This document shows positions 1 to 8,616 of a DNA stretch of 64,000 nt, in pieces (within the stretch, counting starts at the first letter, position 1; each line of letters opens with the position of its first letter). The notes under the pieces were generated by a model that was not told the DNA's origin, ran no database searches, and saw nothing but the letters and a program-made list of their open reading frames with translations. This stretch comes from an uncultured Thermococci archaeon (GTDB taxonomy: Archaea > Methanobacteriota_B > Thermococci > Methanofastidiosales > B48-G16). The position numbers and the translations under genes are program-made. The stretch lies in assembly GCA_964595645.1 (NCBI GenBank), contig CAZQQT010000008.1:1-64000 (forward strand), given 5' to 3'.

Positions 1-1
1 T

Positions 2-457
2 GGCTGTTGGGAGGGCTGCTGCGATCCCTGTCCGTGCAGTCATGATCCCGAGGTGCAGGAGTTGTTGAGATCTCTGGAAGCTGGAAAGAATAAAATTAAT
101 GAAAATAACGAGTTAATAGAGCGTCGAAAGGATGAACTTCGATCACTAAAAGAGGATATAGAAGATACTCTTGATAATAGAGAGTGGTATGGAAAAGATT
201 TTAAAAATCTATGGTCACTAAGAACTGTTTGGACAGCAATCAGAGAGGGGGTAAAAGCAGTAATAAAAATAGATATTGTTGTTGTGGGTATAGTAACGTA
301 TGCTGCAGGGAATGAAGTTCATCTTTACGAACAGAGAAAATCTATTGAAAATATCCCACCAGCAATAGAACGTTACGAAACTGAGAATAGAGAGTTACAA
401 AGACAAATAGATAATGTCACTAACCATATAAAAAGTACATGTCCCTGTGCAATATAG
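2..457 (+). CDS. 3' part of a Cys-rich protein with coiled-coil/hydrophobic-hairpin C-terminal cassette (putative polymorphic toxin); runs off left edge
   Basis: Frame is open from base 2 (GCWEGCCDPCPCSHDPEVQELL...) and ends STCPCAI; paralogous to 2055..2663. Confidence 0.6.
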   Translation, partial: GCWEGCCDPCPCSHDPEVQELLRSLEAGKNKINENNELIERRKDELRSLKEDIEDTLDNREWYGKDFKNLWSLRTVWTAIREGVKAVIKIDIVVVGIVTYAAGNEVHLYEQRKSIENIPPAIERYETENRELQRQIDNVTNHIKSTCPCAI

Positions 458-475
458 AGATATAGGAGGATCCGT

Positions 476-988
476 ATGAATATTGTAGAACTCTGGGAAC
501 GAAACAAAAAGAGAATATACCTCTCGTATGTGGCGATAGCGATCGTAGTTTTTGGACTGTTCATCTATCTTTTCTATAAAGGAACCTTACAATCGTTGTG
601 GTTTTGTCTTTTTGGATTTATTTTGTTAGTTGATATAAGAGAATTAATAAAAGAGCTAATAGATAACTGTGAAGAAAAGGAGAAACGTATGTTTTTTACC
701 TTTCCTTTCTGTGGGCTAATGATCTTGGCGTTATACGATGTAAAACATAATATTCTCCTTATACCATTATCTTTTTTCATTTATCTATATCTCATGTTGC
801 CATCTTTTGTGGAATATAAAGAGCAAGAAGATATTAAGACAGTAGTAGAGATTTTGGAATACTTGACATTTTTCTCCCTCATAATGTTTTTTAATTTAAT
901 TGATCTAAATAATACGATATATATAGTTTTTGCATGTTTAATAATCGTGATATTCATTCTTTTTGAGCATTTTCTCTCCACTCAGTGA
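476..988 (+). CDS. Multi-pass membrane protein, family A (putative immunity protein)
   Basis: Several hydrophobic segments; MNIVELWE.NKK.IYLSY and P.FVEYK motifs shared with 1566 and 2683 ORFs; AGGAGG RBS. Confidence 0.65.
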   Translation: MNIVELWERNKKRIYLSYVAIAIVVFGLFIYLFYKGTLQSLWFCLFGFILLVDIRELIKELIDNCEEKEKRMFFTFPFCGLMILALYDVKHNILLIPLSFFIYLYLMLPSFVEYKEQEDIKTVVEILEYLTFFSLIMFFNLIDLNNTIYIVFACLIIVIFILFEHFLSTQ

Positions 989-1117
989 TTGACGTGATTA
1001 TCTCTTTGCTAGCAGAACATTCACAGGAAGAATATGCTTGCGATATGACTATATTCTTTGAAGTTACATCCACACCACTCTACCTTGCTGCAAAAACGGT
1101 GAATTAGGTGATCAACA

Positions 1118-1528
1118 GTGAGATTTGAAAGAACACGGAGAAGAATTCTTTTATTTCTTTTATATATTTTTCTAATTGGATTTGCTATATTTGGGTGTTG
1201 GAGAATTGGCGATCTTCCTTGGATCGTAGAAGAGATGATGCTTCTTATTTTTTTGGAGTTATGGTTTCTAGCAGTTTCTGTGAGACAGGACGAAATATCC
1301 ATGATGGAGTTTTACGAATATACACTTTTGGGATGTGGGTTCTTATTTTACACTTTAGGAGAAGTCTGTGCAAAGATGAGATATCTCAGTGAAATTTACG
1401 GAGGGTATATTAAATTGATCGGAGTGATTCTTGCAATGATTGTAGGGGTAATGATCTTTGTAGGGACCCCGATTATAGGGTGGATTAAGGATAGAAAACA
1501 TAGAAAGAAGTGTAACAATGAGTACTGA
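1118..1528 (+). CDS. Multi-pass membrane protein, family B (putative immunity protein)
   Basis: About 4 hydrophobic segments; IFLI..W..D..WI and C.KM.YLSE motifs shared with C-half of 3252..4016. Confidence 0.6.
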   Translation: MRFERTRRRILLFLLYIFLIGFAIFGCWRIGDLPWIVEEMMLLIFLELWFLAVSVRQDEISMMEFYEYTLLGCGFLFYTLGEVCAKMRYLSEIYGGYIKLIGVILAMIVGVMIFVGTPIIGWIKDRKHRKKCNNEY

Positions 1529-1565
1529 ACAGAAAGAGATGTTCATGTGCACTGGAGTGATATAA

Positions 1566-2018
1566 ATGGGGAACATGAATATTGTAGAGTTATGGGAACA
1601 GAACAAGAAGATGATATATCTTTCATATATTGCGATAGCTCTCATCATTTTCGGGGTATACGTTTATGTGTTTTATCAATGGCTTTCTCCCACAAAGGAC
1701 CTGTGGCATTATGTTATTGTTTTTCTTCTGTTATCAAATATAGGGATGATGATAGATGGATATAAAAAAGAGCGGCAAGGTACTTACTATCCTTTTCCAT
1801 TACTTACTTTATACGTTCTAGGTGTAACATATGGGTACGTGAAAAACACGCTCCTCATACCCTCCTTCTTTCTACTCTACCTCTATGTACTATTTCCCCT
1901 TTTTGTCGAATACAAGGTAAAAGAGGAGATACAAGAGAAAAGAAAATGTATATCTAAGATCATTGGATTCTTTGCCCTGTTTTTTATCTTATTATGGTTT
2001 GCAGGTTATTACGGTTAG
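1566..2018 (+). CDS. Multi-pass membrane protein, family A paralogue
   Basis: MNIVELWEQNKKMIYLSY...FPLFVEYK; start may be 1575. Confidence 0.65.
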   Translation: MGNMNIVELWEQNKKMIYLSYIAIALIIFGVYVYVFYQWLSPTKDLWHYVIVFLLLSNIGMMIDGYKKERQGTYYPFPLLTLYVLGVTYGYVKNTLLIPSFFLLYLYVLFPLFVEYKVKEEIQEKRKCISKIIGFFALFFILLWFAGYYG

Positions 2019-2054
2019 GCATAATCAAATATCTAAGAAGAACGAGGGGCAGTC

Positions 2055-2663
2055 ATGAACATCGTGAAAATAACCAACAAAAATAGTAACGTCTACCAAC
2101 AGAATATAGAGTACTACTGCGTGAACGGTGATTGTGAATACACCGAGGAAGAGAGGGTGAAGGCATGGTGCGAGAACGGCTGTTGGGAAGGACACTGTGA
2201 TCCCTGTCCATGCAGTCATGATCCCGAGGTGGAGGAGTTGATAGACGATATAGCGTTGCAACAAGACCTAATAGATGCAGAAATAGAGTTCCTCGAAGAA
2301 AAAGAAGAAGAGGTCACAGATTTGATTTTTAAGATCAAAGAAGCATTTGAGAAAGAAAGTGAAAATGATACATGGGACTATGTTGTTGATACTATTTCAG
2401 TTATAGGTCTTTACATTGGAGCCGTATATACGGGTGGGACATTACCTGAAATACTAGCTCTAACATCTAGTGCTGTTATCACCGAATACAGCTTTATAGA
2501 AAAACATCCAGTAATTTACAAAGTACCTATGTATCAAAAGGAAATAGCTAGAATAGGATTTATAATTGATCACCATAAGAACATATTAGACTATCACAGA
2601 GATCTAAAAGAAGATTTTATTTCAAATCTTCATACGATATGTCCATGTGTTTTGGAGGATTGA
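2055..2663 (+). CDS. Orphan Cys-rich/coiled-coil/hydrophobic-hairpin cassette (putative toxin C-terminal module), no signal peptide
   Basis: GCWEGHCDPCPCSHDPEVEEL near-identical to the 2..457 ORF; divergent middle; ends TICPCVLED. Confidence 0.6.
   Translation: MNIVKITNKNSNVYQQNIEYYCVNGDCEYTEEERVKAWCENGCWEGHCDPCPCSHDPEVEELIDDIALQQDLIDAEIEFLEEKEEEVTDLIFKIKEAFEKESENDTWDYVVDTISVIGLYIGAVYTGGTLPEILALTSSAVITEYSFIEKHPVIYKVPMYQKEIARIGFIIDHHKNILDYHRDLKEDFISNLHTICPCVLED
2178..2240 (+). repeat. About 60-bp direct repeat of bases 2..64 (conserved cassette junction)
   Basis: ggctgttggga.gg...ctg.gatccctgtcc.tgcagtcatgatcccgaggtg.aggagttg in both places. Confidence 0.85.
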
Positions 2664-2682
2664 CAGGAAAATTAAATAAAAG

Positions 2683-3128
2683 GTGAAGAAATTTTTGAAC
2701 ATTGAAGAACTGTGGAATAAGTATAGGGGAACGGTATACCTCTCGTACGTTATAATAGCCGCCGTACTTTTGGGAGTGTATCTCTTTATTTTTTTCTCTT
2801 TTTCAGAGGCTGATCTTGCTCCAATAGCTCTTCTTTTGTTGGTTGTCGGATCGCTTTTAGGAAGGTATAACACTAAGAAATTTGAAAAAAATATTTTGTA
2901 TATATTTTTAGGATCTATCTTGATTTACATTTTAGTGTTAGAAGAGCTTATAAAGAATAATTTTCTTATATTACCGTTTTTTTTATCTATCTTTATGCAT
3001 TGTTTCCCTTTTTTGTGGAGTACGAAACTGCGAAAGAGCGGAAAGTGAAATTATTCGGATTGGCAAAGATTGTGGGATTTCTTGTTCTGTTTTGCATCTG
3101 GAGTTATTTTTTATATTATTATAAGTAA
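2683..3128 (+). pseudogene. Family A membrane protein frameshifted at a T8 tract (2977-2984)
   Basis: One extra T restores PFFFIYLYALFPFFVEYE...KIVGF...YYYK-stop (3128), matching paralogues 476 and 1566. Confidence 0.7.
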
Positions 3129-3251
3129 TGTATTTGATATCTATTAGAGAATACTCGTACCCATCGTCAAGAAGAGGAATAAAGAAAGAAGGAATGATTA
3201 TGAACTTTGAAAAAATAGGAAGAGAATTAATGATTTGCAGAGTGAATATAA

Positions 3252-4016
3252 ATGAAACCTGAACAGAAAAACTATATAAAACACTTTTGTTATTTGTTGA
3301 TAGGCATATTATTACTTATTTCTGCTTTCTACGATCTTAATAGGAGCGATTGGCTGATCTCACTATTATTTATATTTGCTGTATTTACTGATTTCAAGGA
3401 ACTTGAAAAAAGGGGTATTGCTTTTCTCGCAAGATTCATTTTGGTAATTAGCTTTCTTGTAATGTTAGATATACTGAGTATAAATGGTGTAGTTGATTTA
3501 ACTGATATATCGTATGGAGTTGTGGGATTTTTGACCATTTGCGGTTTTATAATATTTGAGTATTCTCTATCTAATACGGTGGTTAAACCAGAAGAAATAG
3601 AATGTCCATCTTTACCAACAAACGATCCACGAAATGACGATATCTACGAAAAAAAACTTTTTTTATTTCTTTCATCCATTTTTCTAATTGTGTTTCTCTT
3701 GTTTTGGGTCTGGAAACTACCAGATTCCCATTGGATCACAAAAAATATAGAACTTCTCGTATTTTTAGGTGTAGTCTGTTTGATGAGTATCTTACTCTCG
3801 AGAAAAAATCAAATTGCTAACGATGAGATATATACATATACGTTCTTTGTTCTTATTTTTCTCTCTAACGCTTTATGTGGGAAGGATGGCATTTGCGTGA
3901 AAATGGGATATCTTAGTGAAAGGAATGGGGAGTATCCCTGTTTTCTTGCACTAGCATTTATTTTATTCTTCTCGACGTATTTGTTTTTACGTTGGTTAGA
4001 AAGGAAAGATCATTGA
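3252..4016 (+). CDS. Multi-pass membrane protein; family A-like segment fused to family B domain
   Basis: VDLTD...IIFEYSLS resembles the 476 C-terminus; C-half resembles the 1118 ORF. Confidence 0.6.
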   Translation: MKPEQKNYIKHFCYLLIGILLLISAFYDLNRSDWLISLLFIFAVFTDFKELEKRGIAFLARFILVISFLVMLDILSINGVVDLTDISYGVVGFLTICGFIIFEYSLSNTVVKPEEIECPSLPTNDPRNDDIYEKKLFLFLSSIFLIVFLLFWVWKLPDSHWITKNIELLVFLGVVCLMSILLSRKNQIANDEIYTYTFFVLIFLSNALCGKDGICVKMGYLSERNGEYPCFLALAFILFFSTYLFLRWLERKDH

Positions 4017-4097
4017 TGTGTAGAAAGACGTATACAGAAATTTTATATTCTTTTCTTCGTTAAAAGCTTTTGAGGGCGCATAAGGAAAAAGATGCAG

Positions 4098-4733
4098 TTA
4101 CTCTTTTACCGTGATCTCGATCGTTCCTTTCTCAGTACCACTCAGTGAGTCTACAACTCCCGTGACCACGTTTTTCACCAGGTTGCTCACAAACCTATTC
4201 AATGGGATTGGCTTTCCATTCACACGTATCTCCGTGTCGGTGAGTTGCTGGCACTCACCAGGTGACGTTTCGCCGCGAATGATCCTCGAAGCCATCTCCT
4301 CACAGGTATACCCACACTGTCCACAGTTTTCATTGGGGAGTTTGAATCCGTAGTTCTCAATCTTCTCGATCAGCGCATCGATATCCTCCTGATCGGATCC
4401 GATGGCCAGATCGTCGTCGTACTCACCGCACGTGATCTTTGGAAAACTTCTGTTCTCCTTAAATCCCTCTACAAGGACAATATCTACATGGAGGTACGAG
4501 AGTATCTCTTCCAGTGTTTTTTCTTCAGGAAAGAAAATTCCAGACTTTTCTGGCGAGATAAATCCAGTCTGATACAGTGTAGAAAACTTCCGCGTATCAC
4601 TTTCTTTTTCATTGAACTCTCCTGCATGTTTTATTATCCCTACTGTATACGAATCGCTGAGTTTTTCTGCGAGTTTGAGTACAAGTGAGGACTTTCCAGA
4701 GTTTTTATATCCGACAATACCAATGACGTTCAT
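4098..4733 (-). CDS. mobB: Molybdopterin-guanine dinucleotide biosynthesis protein B with Fe-S domain
   Basis: GYKNSGKS P-loop, IKH, LVEGFK, NCGQCGYTC...C. Confidence 0.9.
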   Translation of the reverse strand: MNVIGIVGYKNSGKSSLVLKLAEKLSDSYTVGIIKHAGEFNEKESDTRKFSTLYQTGFISPEKSGIFFPEEKTLEEILSYLHVDIVLVEGFKENRSFPKITCGEYDDDLAIGSDQEDIDALIEKIENYGFKLPNENCGQCGYTCEEMASRIIRGETSPGECQQLTDTEIRVNGKPIPLNRFVSNLVKNVVTGVVDSLSGTEKGTIEITVKE

Positions 4734-4766
4734 AATCTTTTTATATCCTATACATTTATTAGAGTT

Positions 4767-5444
4767 ATGTCTCTTCCCTTTGCGTTCATAGGAGAAATTG
4801 CGGTCATTCTTCTGATTTTCGTAATCGCACTTATCATCTTCGGTGTAATATTATTTCTTCTCTCCTTTAAAACAGGCAGATATATCCTTCCAGGAGTTTT
4901 TTCGGGCATTGTAGATGCATTTTACTCTCCAATTCTATTTATTGTGGAATTAATAGGATTACAACCAAAGTATTTTAATTCTATTGTGGTAGATGTGAAG
5001 AACTCTATCAATATGAAAAATTTTAAGAAAATACCTCCCAAAGAGAGAGTCATCGTGCTTCCGCAATGTCTGCGATCCATCGACTGTCCTGCGAAGCTTT
5101 CTTCTGAGAAAGGGATAAAATGTGTCGAATGTGGACTCTGTTACATCAAAGAGTTCAAGGAAAAAACAGAAGCACTTGGGTATAGGGTATTTATTCTTCC
5201 AGGCGGGACGTTCGTCAAGAGAATTTTACAAAAGATCAAACCGAGAGCCGTACTGGGGGTGGCCTGTTTTACCGATCTCTTCGAAGGCATTCGAATATGT
5301 GAGGATGCGAAGATTCCCGTTCAGGGGGTGCTCCTCAAGACAACGGGCTGTGTGGAAACCATTGTGGACTGGGACGAAGTCTGGGAAAAGGTGCATTTAG
5401 GAGTTGATGGCAATGGAGTTCAAAATAGTAAAAAAACAGTTTGA
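4767..5444 (+). CDS. DUF116 family membrane-anchored protein
   Basis: LPQCLRSIDCPA...C..CG.C, PGG, GVAC..DL..G. Confidence 0.85.
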   Translation: MSLPFAFIGEIAVILLIFVIALIIFGVILFLLSFKTGRYILPGVFSGIVDAFYSPILFIVELIGLQPKYFNSIVVDVKNSINMKNFKKIPPKERVIVLPQCLRSIDCPAKLSSEKGIKCVECGLCYIKEFKEKTEALGYRVFILPGGTFVKRILQKIKPRAVLGVACFTDLFEGIRICEDAKIPVQGVLLKTTGCVETIVDWDEVWEKVHLGVDGNGVQNSKKTV

Positions 5445-6432
5445 ATTTTTAAATCCAATGAAGGATATGGAGAAAGAGACGCAGATCGTGGAGTACCGAG
5501 AGGATCCGCTTACAGGGATAACCTGTATCTACAACCCTGCCACCGCTGAGAAGGCGAAGAACTTTTACGGACCAACGGATAGAGACGCGTTGAGGGAGTT
5601 TGCAGAGAACACGAAAGATTCTTGCTTTTTCTGTCCTGAAAAACTGGAGAGCTCAGCGGCGCAGTTTCCCGAGATTGGAACGCTGAAGAAAGGAGAAGCA
5701 GTGCTTTTCCCCAACCTCTACGCACCCTACCACGATGCCGCAGTTATTGTGCTTACGGAGGATCACTTTCTGGATTTGCACGAGTTCACTTCGGAGATAT
5801 TTGAGAATGCGATCACCGTGGGCATCGATTATCTTCAGCGGCGGTACGAGGAGAACAGCATCGAGTACGGTGTCCTGGGTGGCAACTACCTTCCACCTGC
5901 CGGTGCGTCCATCGTGCATCCGCATATGCACGTGCTCTCTTCAACGACACCGTTTAGAATGCTACAGGCGATGGTGGAAAACACCGAACAGTACTACCAC
6001 GACCATGATCGGAATATCGTCGACGATATCCTCGAGGCGAAAGAACGATATATTGGAAAAATGGGAGACATGGATCTGTATGTTCCCTTTGCCCCCGTGG
6101 GAAACAATGAGATAGATGGTGTAATACGGAAACACAGCCTTCTCGAACTGACGGAGAGCGATGTGCAGGATATCGCCTCACTTCTCGTGACAGTATTTCA
6201 GTGGTACTATGAGAAGGGACTTTCGTCGTACAACTTCATGCTTTACTCCGGTGCACTGGATGGTAGCGATGAGCTCTACTGTGGTATCAAGATAATCTCA
6301 CGGCAGAATTTCAGCGAGTACTATATCAACGATATGTGGTATCTCTTAAAAATCCTTCAGGAGAGTTTAATCTTTGTGAGTCCGGAACAGACGGCAGAAG
6401 AGTTTAGGGAGGTACTGCAGCGGGGTAAATGA
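5407..6432 (+). CDS. Galactose-1-phosphate uridylyltransferase-like (GalT/HIT) protein
   Basis: EYREDPLTG, CFFCP, PNLY, GASIVHPHMH. Confidence 0.8.
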   Translation: MAMEFKIVKKQFEFLNPMKDMEKETQIVEYREDPLTGITCIYNPATAEKAKNFYGPTDRDALREFAENTKDSCFFCPEKLESSAAQFPEIGTLKKGEAVLFPNLYAPYHDAAVIVLTEDHFLDLHEFTSEIFENAITVGIDYLQRRYEENSIEYGVLGGNYLPPAGASIVHPHMHVLSSTTPFRMLQAMVENTEQYYHDHDRNIVDDILEAKERYIGKMGDMDLYVPFAPVGNNEIDGVIRKHSLLELTESDVQDIASLLVTVFQWYYEKGLSSYNFMLYSGALDGSDELYCGIKIISRQNFSEYYINDMWYLLKILQESLIFVSPEQTAEEFREVLQRGK

Positions 6433-6455
6433 TACTTTTTTTTTCGGATAGTTTT

Positions 6456-6487
6456 CATGTTAGTTACCTTCTTTGGTGACCAACATG
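6456..6487. promoter_or_regulatory. Imperfect 13-bp inverted repeat upstream of abiEi-like gene (candidate autoregulatory operator)
   Basis: catgttagttacc-N6-ggtgaccaacatg, 11/13 complementary. Confidence 0.45.
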
Positions 6488-6556
6488 GTTGAATATGCCG
6501 CGACTATAGTATACCTCATGCCCGTAGTAAAGTACAAAAGCGTAATGGAGGAATTA

Positions 6557-7120
6557 ATGGAAAAACCCGTCTTCACACCCCAAGACTTACGTGACAGAGG
6601 GATACCAAGCAATTACGCGAAGAAACTCCTCCATACCCTTGCGAAATCAGGAAAAATAACAAGAATTGAACGGGGAAAATATACATCCCTCAATGATGTA
6701 GTGGCAGTTGCTGGCCATATCACAGAGCCATGTTATCTTACACTCTGGACGGCAATGAATATTCGAAACCTGACTACCCAGATCCCCTTTTCTGTGGAAA
6801 TTGCCACGTCACGAAGACGATTTAATGAAAAAATTAGCTTCCAGGATACACCAATCCTTTTTTATACGGTGCCTCCTCGGATGATGTTTGGATATGAGTA
6901 TATCATTTGGCAAGAGGAAATACGAGTGCCTGTGGCCACTCCGGAAAAAATAGTGATCGATTCGTTGTACTTCGGAAAAATACTTGAGGAGGAAGTCTTG
7001 GACATAGTGAACGATACAGACAAAAAACGTTTACGGACTTACGCCACATTAACAAAAAAACAAGATATTATAGATAAAACGATGGAGTTGATAGAAAGAT
7101 GCTCACCCGGGAAGAAATAA
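6557..7120 (+). CDS. abiEi: Type IV TA antitoxin, AbiEi family
   Basis: N-terminal wHTH (LAKSGKITRIERGKY), CYLTLWTAM, TTQIP, ATPEK..IDSL; GGAGGA RBS before 6557. Confidence 0.85.
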   Translation: MEKPVFTPQDLRDRGIPSNYAKKLLHTLAKSGKITRIERGKYTSLNDVVAVAGHITEPCYLTLWTAMNIRNLTTQIPFSVEIATSRRRFNEKISFQDTPILFYTVPPRMMFGYEYIIWQEEIRVPVATPEKIVIDSLYFGKILEEEVLDIVNDTDKKRLRTYATLTKKQDIIDKTMELIERCSPGKK

Positions 7121-7845
7121 GAAAATATGCACATATGAGAAGGCTGAAACTAATTGATCAGATATGGAAGGATTATCTTCAGGATCTCTTACTCCATCTG
7201 CTTTACAGAAAGATACCAAACATGATATTTGGTGGGGGGACATCCATATGGAAAGTTTTTAAAGGAAATAGATTCTCAGAGGATATAGTCGGTTATGTGT
7301 CTGCGATACCAGAAGATCTACCTGATTATTTACAGAAAGAGCTTTCACTTCTTGGGGCTGATTGTACAGTACTAAAAAGTAAGAAAACGGCGAATATGCA
7401 CTTTCTCAAACTTGGACTTTCTCTCCCTACACATCATAGAGAAATCACACTGTCAGTGGAAATAATGAGTTCTTCACAGCCCGAAAGGACGGAACAGGTG
7501 ACACTCCATTCTCCATATCCTGATATTCCGCCTGTTGATATGATTGTACTGGCACGAGAGGAGATGCTTGTGAATAAGGTTGCTGCGGTGTATCACCGAA
7601 ACAGACCACGAGATGTATACGATATCGGCCTGCTTCTCGATATGGAGACGGCAATCGATATAGATCTTCTCAGAAAGAAGATTCCGGATTTTGATATGGA
7701 TAGCTTTGGAAGAGAGTTGCAGAAAAAACAGAAACGATGGAAAAGTTTAGAGCCGTTAGTCGTGACGTCTCTTCCACCATTCAAGAAACAGGTAAGATAT
7801 ATCCTTTCCTCCTTTCGAAAGGCAATATCACGAGATAATAAATAG
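7099..7845 (+). CDS. abiEii: Type IV TA toxin, AbiEii nucleotidyltransferase family
   Basis: FGGGTSI, RFSED, K..A...R.RPRDVYD; overlaps the antitoxin gene. Confidence 0.85.
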   Translation: MLTREEIRKYAHMRRLKLIDQIWKDYLQDLLLHLLYRKIPNMIFGGGTSIWKVFKGNRFSEDIVGYVSAIPEDLPDYLQKELSLLGADCTVLKSKKTANMHFLKLGLSLPTHHREITLSVEIMSSSQPERTEQVTLHSPYPDIPPVDMIVLAREEMLVNKVAAVYHRNRPRDVYDIGLLLDMETAIDIDLLRKKIPDFDMDSFGRELQKKQKRWKSLEPLVVTSLPPFKKQVRYILSSFRKAISRDNK

Positions 7846-7854
7846 AGGAGTATC

Positions 7855-8616
7855 TCATCGTCCCTTAATAATATCTCTCGGACTTTTCTTCTGTTTTTCA
7901 GACTCTTTTTCGGATGGTTCTTGGAATAAGACCTTCTGTTTGACTATTGAGAAGGCGTATGAGTGGTGATCGAGGACATCTGCAGTTACGTCGATTGTAT
8001 TATCAGGACTGAACCGAATGTTGATATCAAAAAGGTGGCGCAGTTTCTTCACCATGGATATTGTATCGTATGTTTCTGTGAGGGAAAGTACCGTTTGAAT
8101 ATCTAGTTTAGCGGTCTTTTTCAGATACTTTTCAAAAAACGTGTAGAAATTATTATGGAAGGCGAGATGGGTGATGGAATCAAAAAGAACAAGATCTATT
8201 TTTTTGAGGGACAACCCTGCATGGAGAATTTCCATGGGGAGAAAGAAGAGTTCACTTCCTTCCGGTACTTGGATGAAGAAGAGGTGAGAATAATTGTTGA
8301 TATTTCTCTTGAGAAGCATTCCTTTCTCTTCGATCCTGAAGGCGTCTTTTGATATCAACACGCATTTCTTTTGAGATCGTATAGATTCTAACAGTAGTTG
8401 TTTTCCGAATATTGTTTTTCCCACAGTTCTCGGTCCAGAAATTAAAATATTTTGGTTCTTGAGGATTTTTTCTGTGATGTTTTCCTCTGCTTCTTCAGGA
8501 AGTTCTGCTCTCTTCAGCGTTCCTCTTTTGAACTCGCTCACTATTCTATCGGCAGTTTTTTCTATATTCTCCTGTGAGAGATTTAGCCGTTCCATGAGTT
8601 TTTCTCGTGCTACCAT
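7855..8616 (-). CDS. RecA/KaiC(RAD55)-like P-loop ATPase
   Basis: ILISGPRTVGKT Walker A, LVLFDSIT Walker B; start overlaps pcm stop. Confidence 0.7.
   Translation of the reverse strand: MVAREKLMERLNLSQENIEKTADRIVSEFKRGTLKRAELPEEAEENITEKILKNQNILISGPRTVGKTIFGKQLLLESIRSQKKCVLISKDAFRIEEKGMLLKRNINNYSHLFFIQVPEGSELFFLPMEILHAGLSLKKIDLVLFDSITHLAFHNNFYTFFEKYLKKTAKLDIQTVLSLTETYDTISMVKKLRHLFDINIRFSPDNTIDVTADVLDHHSYAFSIVKQKVLFQEPSEKESEKQKKSPRDIIKGR

Noticed and set aside
1-4016. Diversity-generating retroelement or integron as the source of cassette variation
   Set aside because: No reverse transcriptase, integrase or attC-like palindromes seen in the window, and repeat differences are not adenine-specific; sequence left of the window is unknown.
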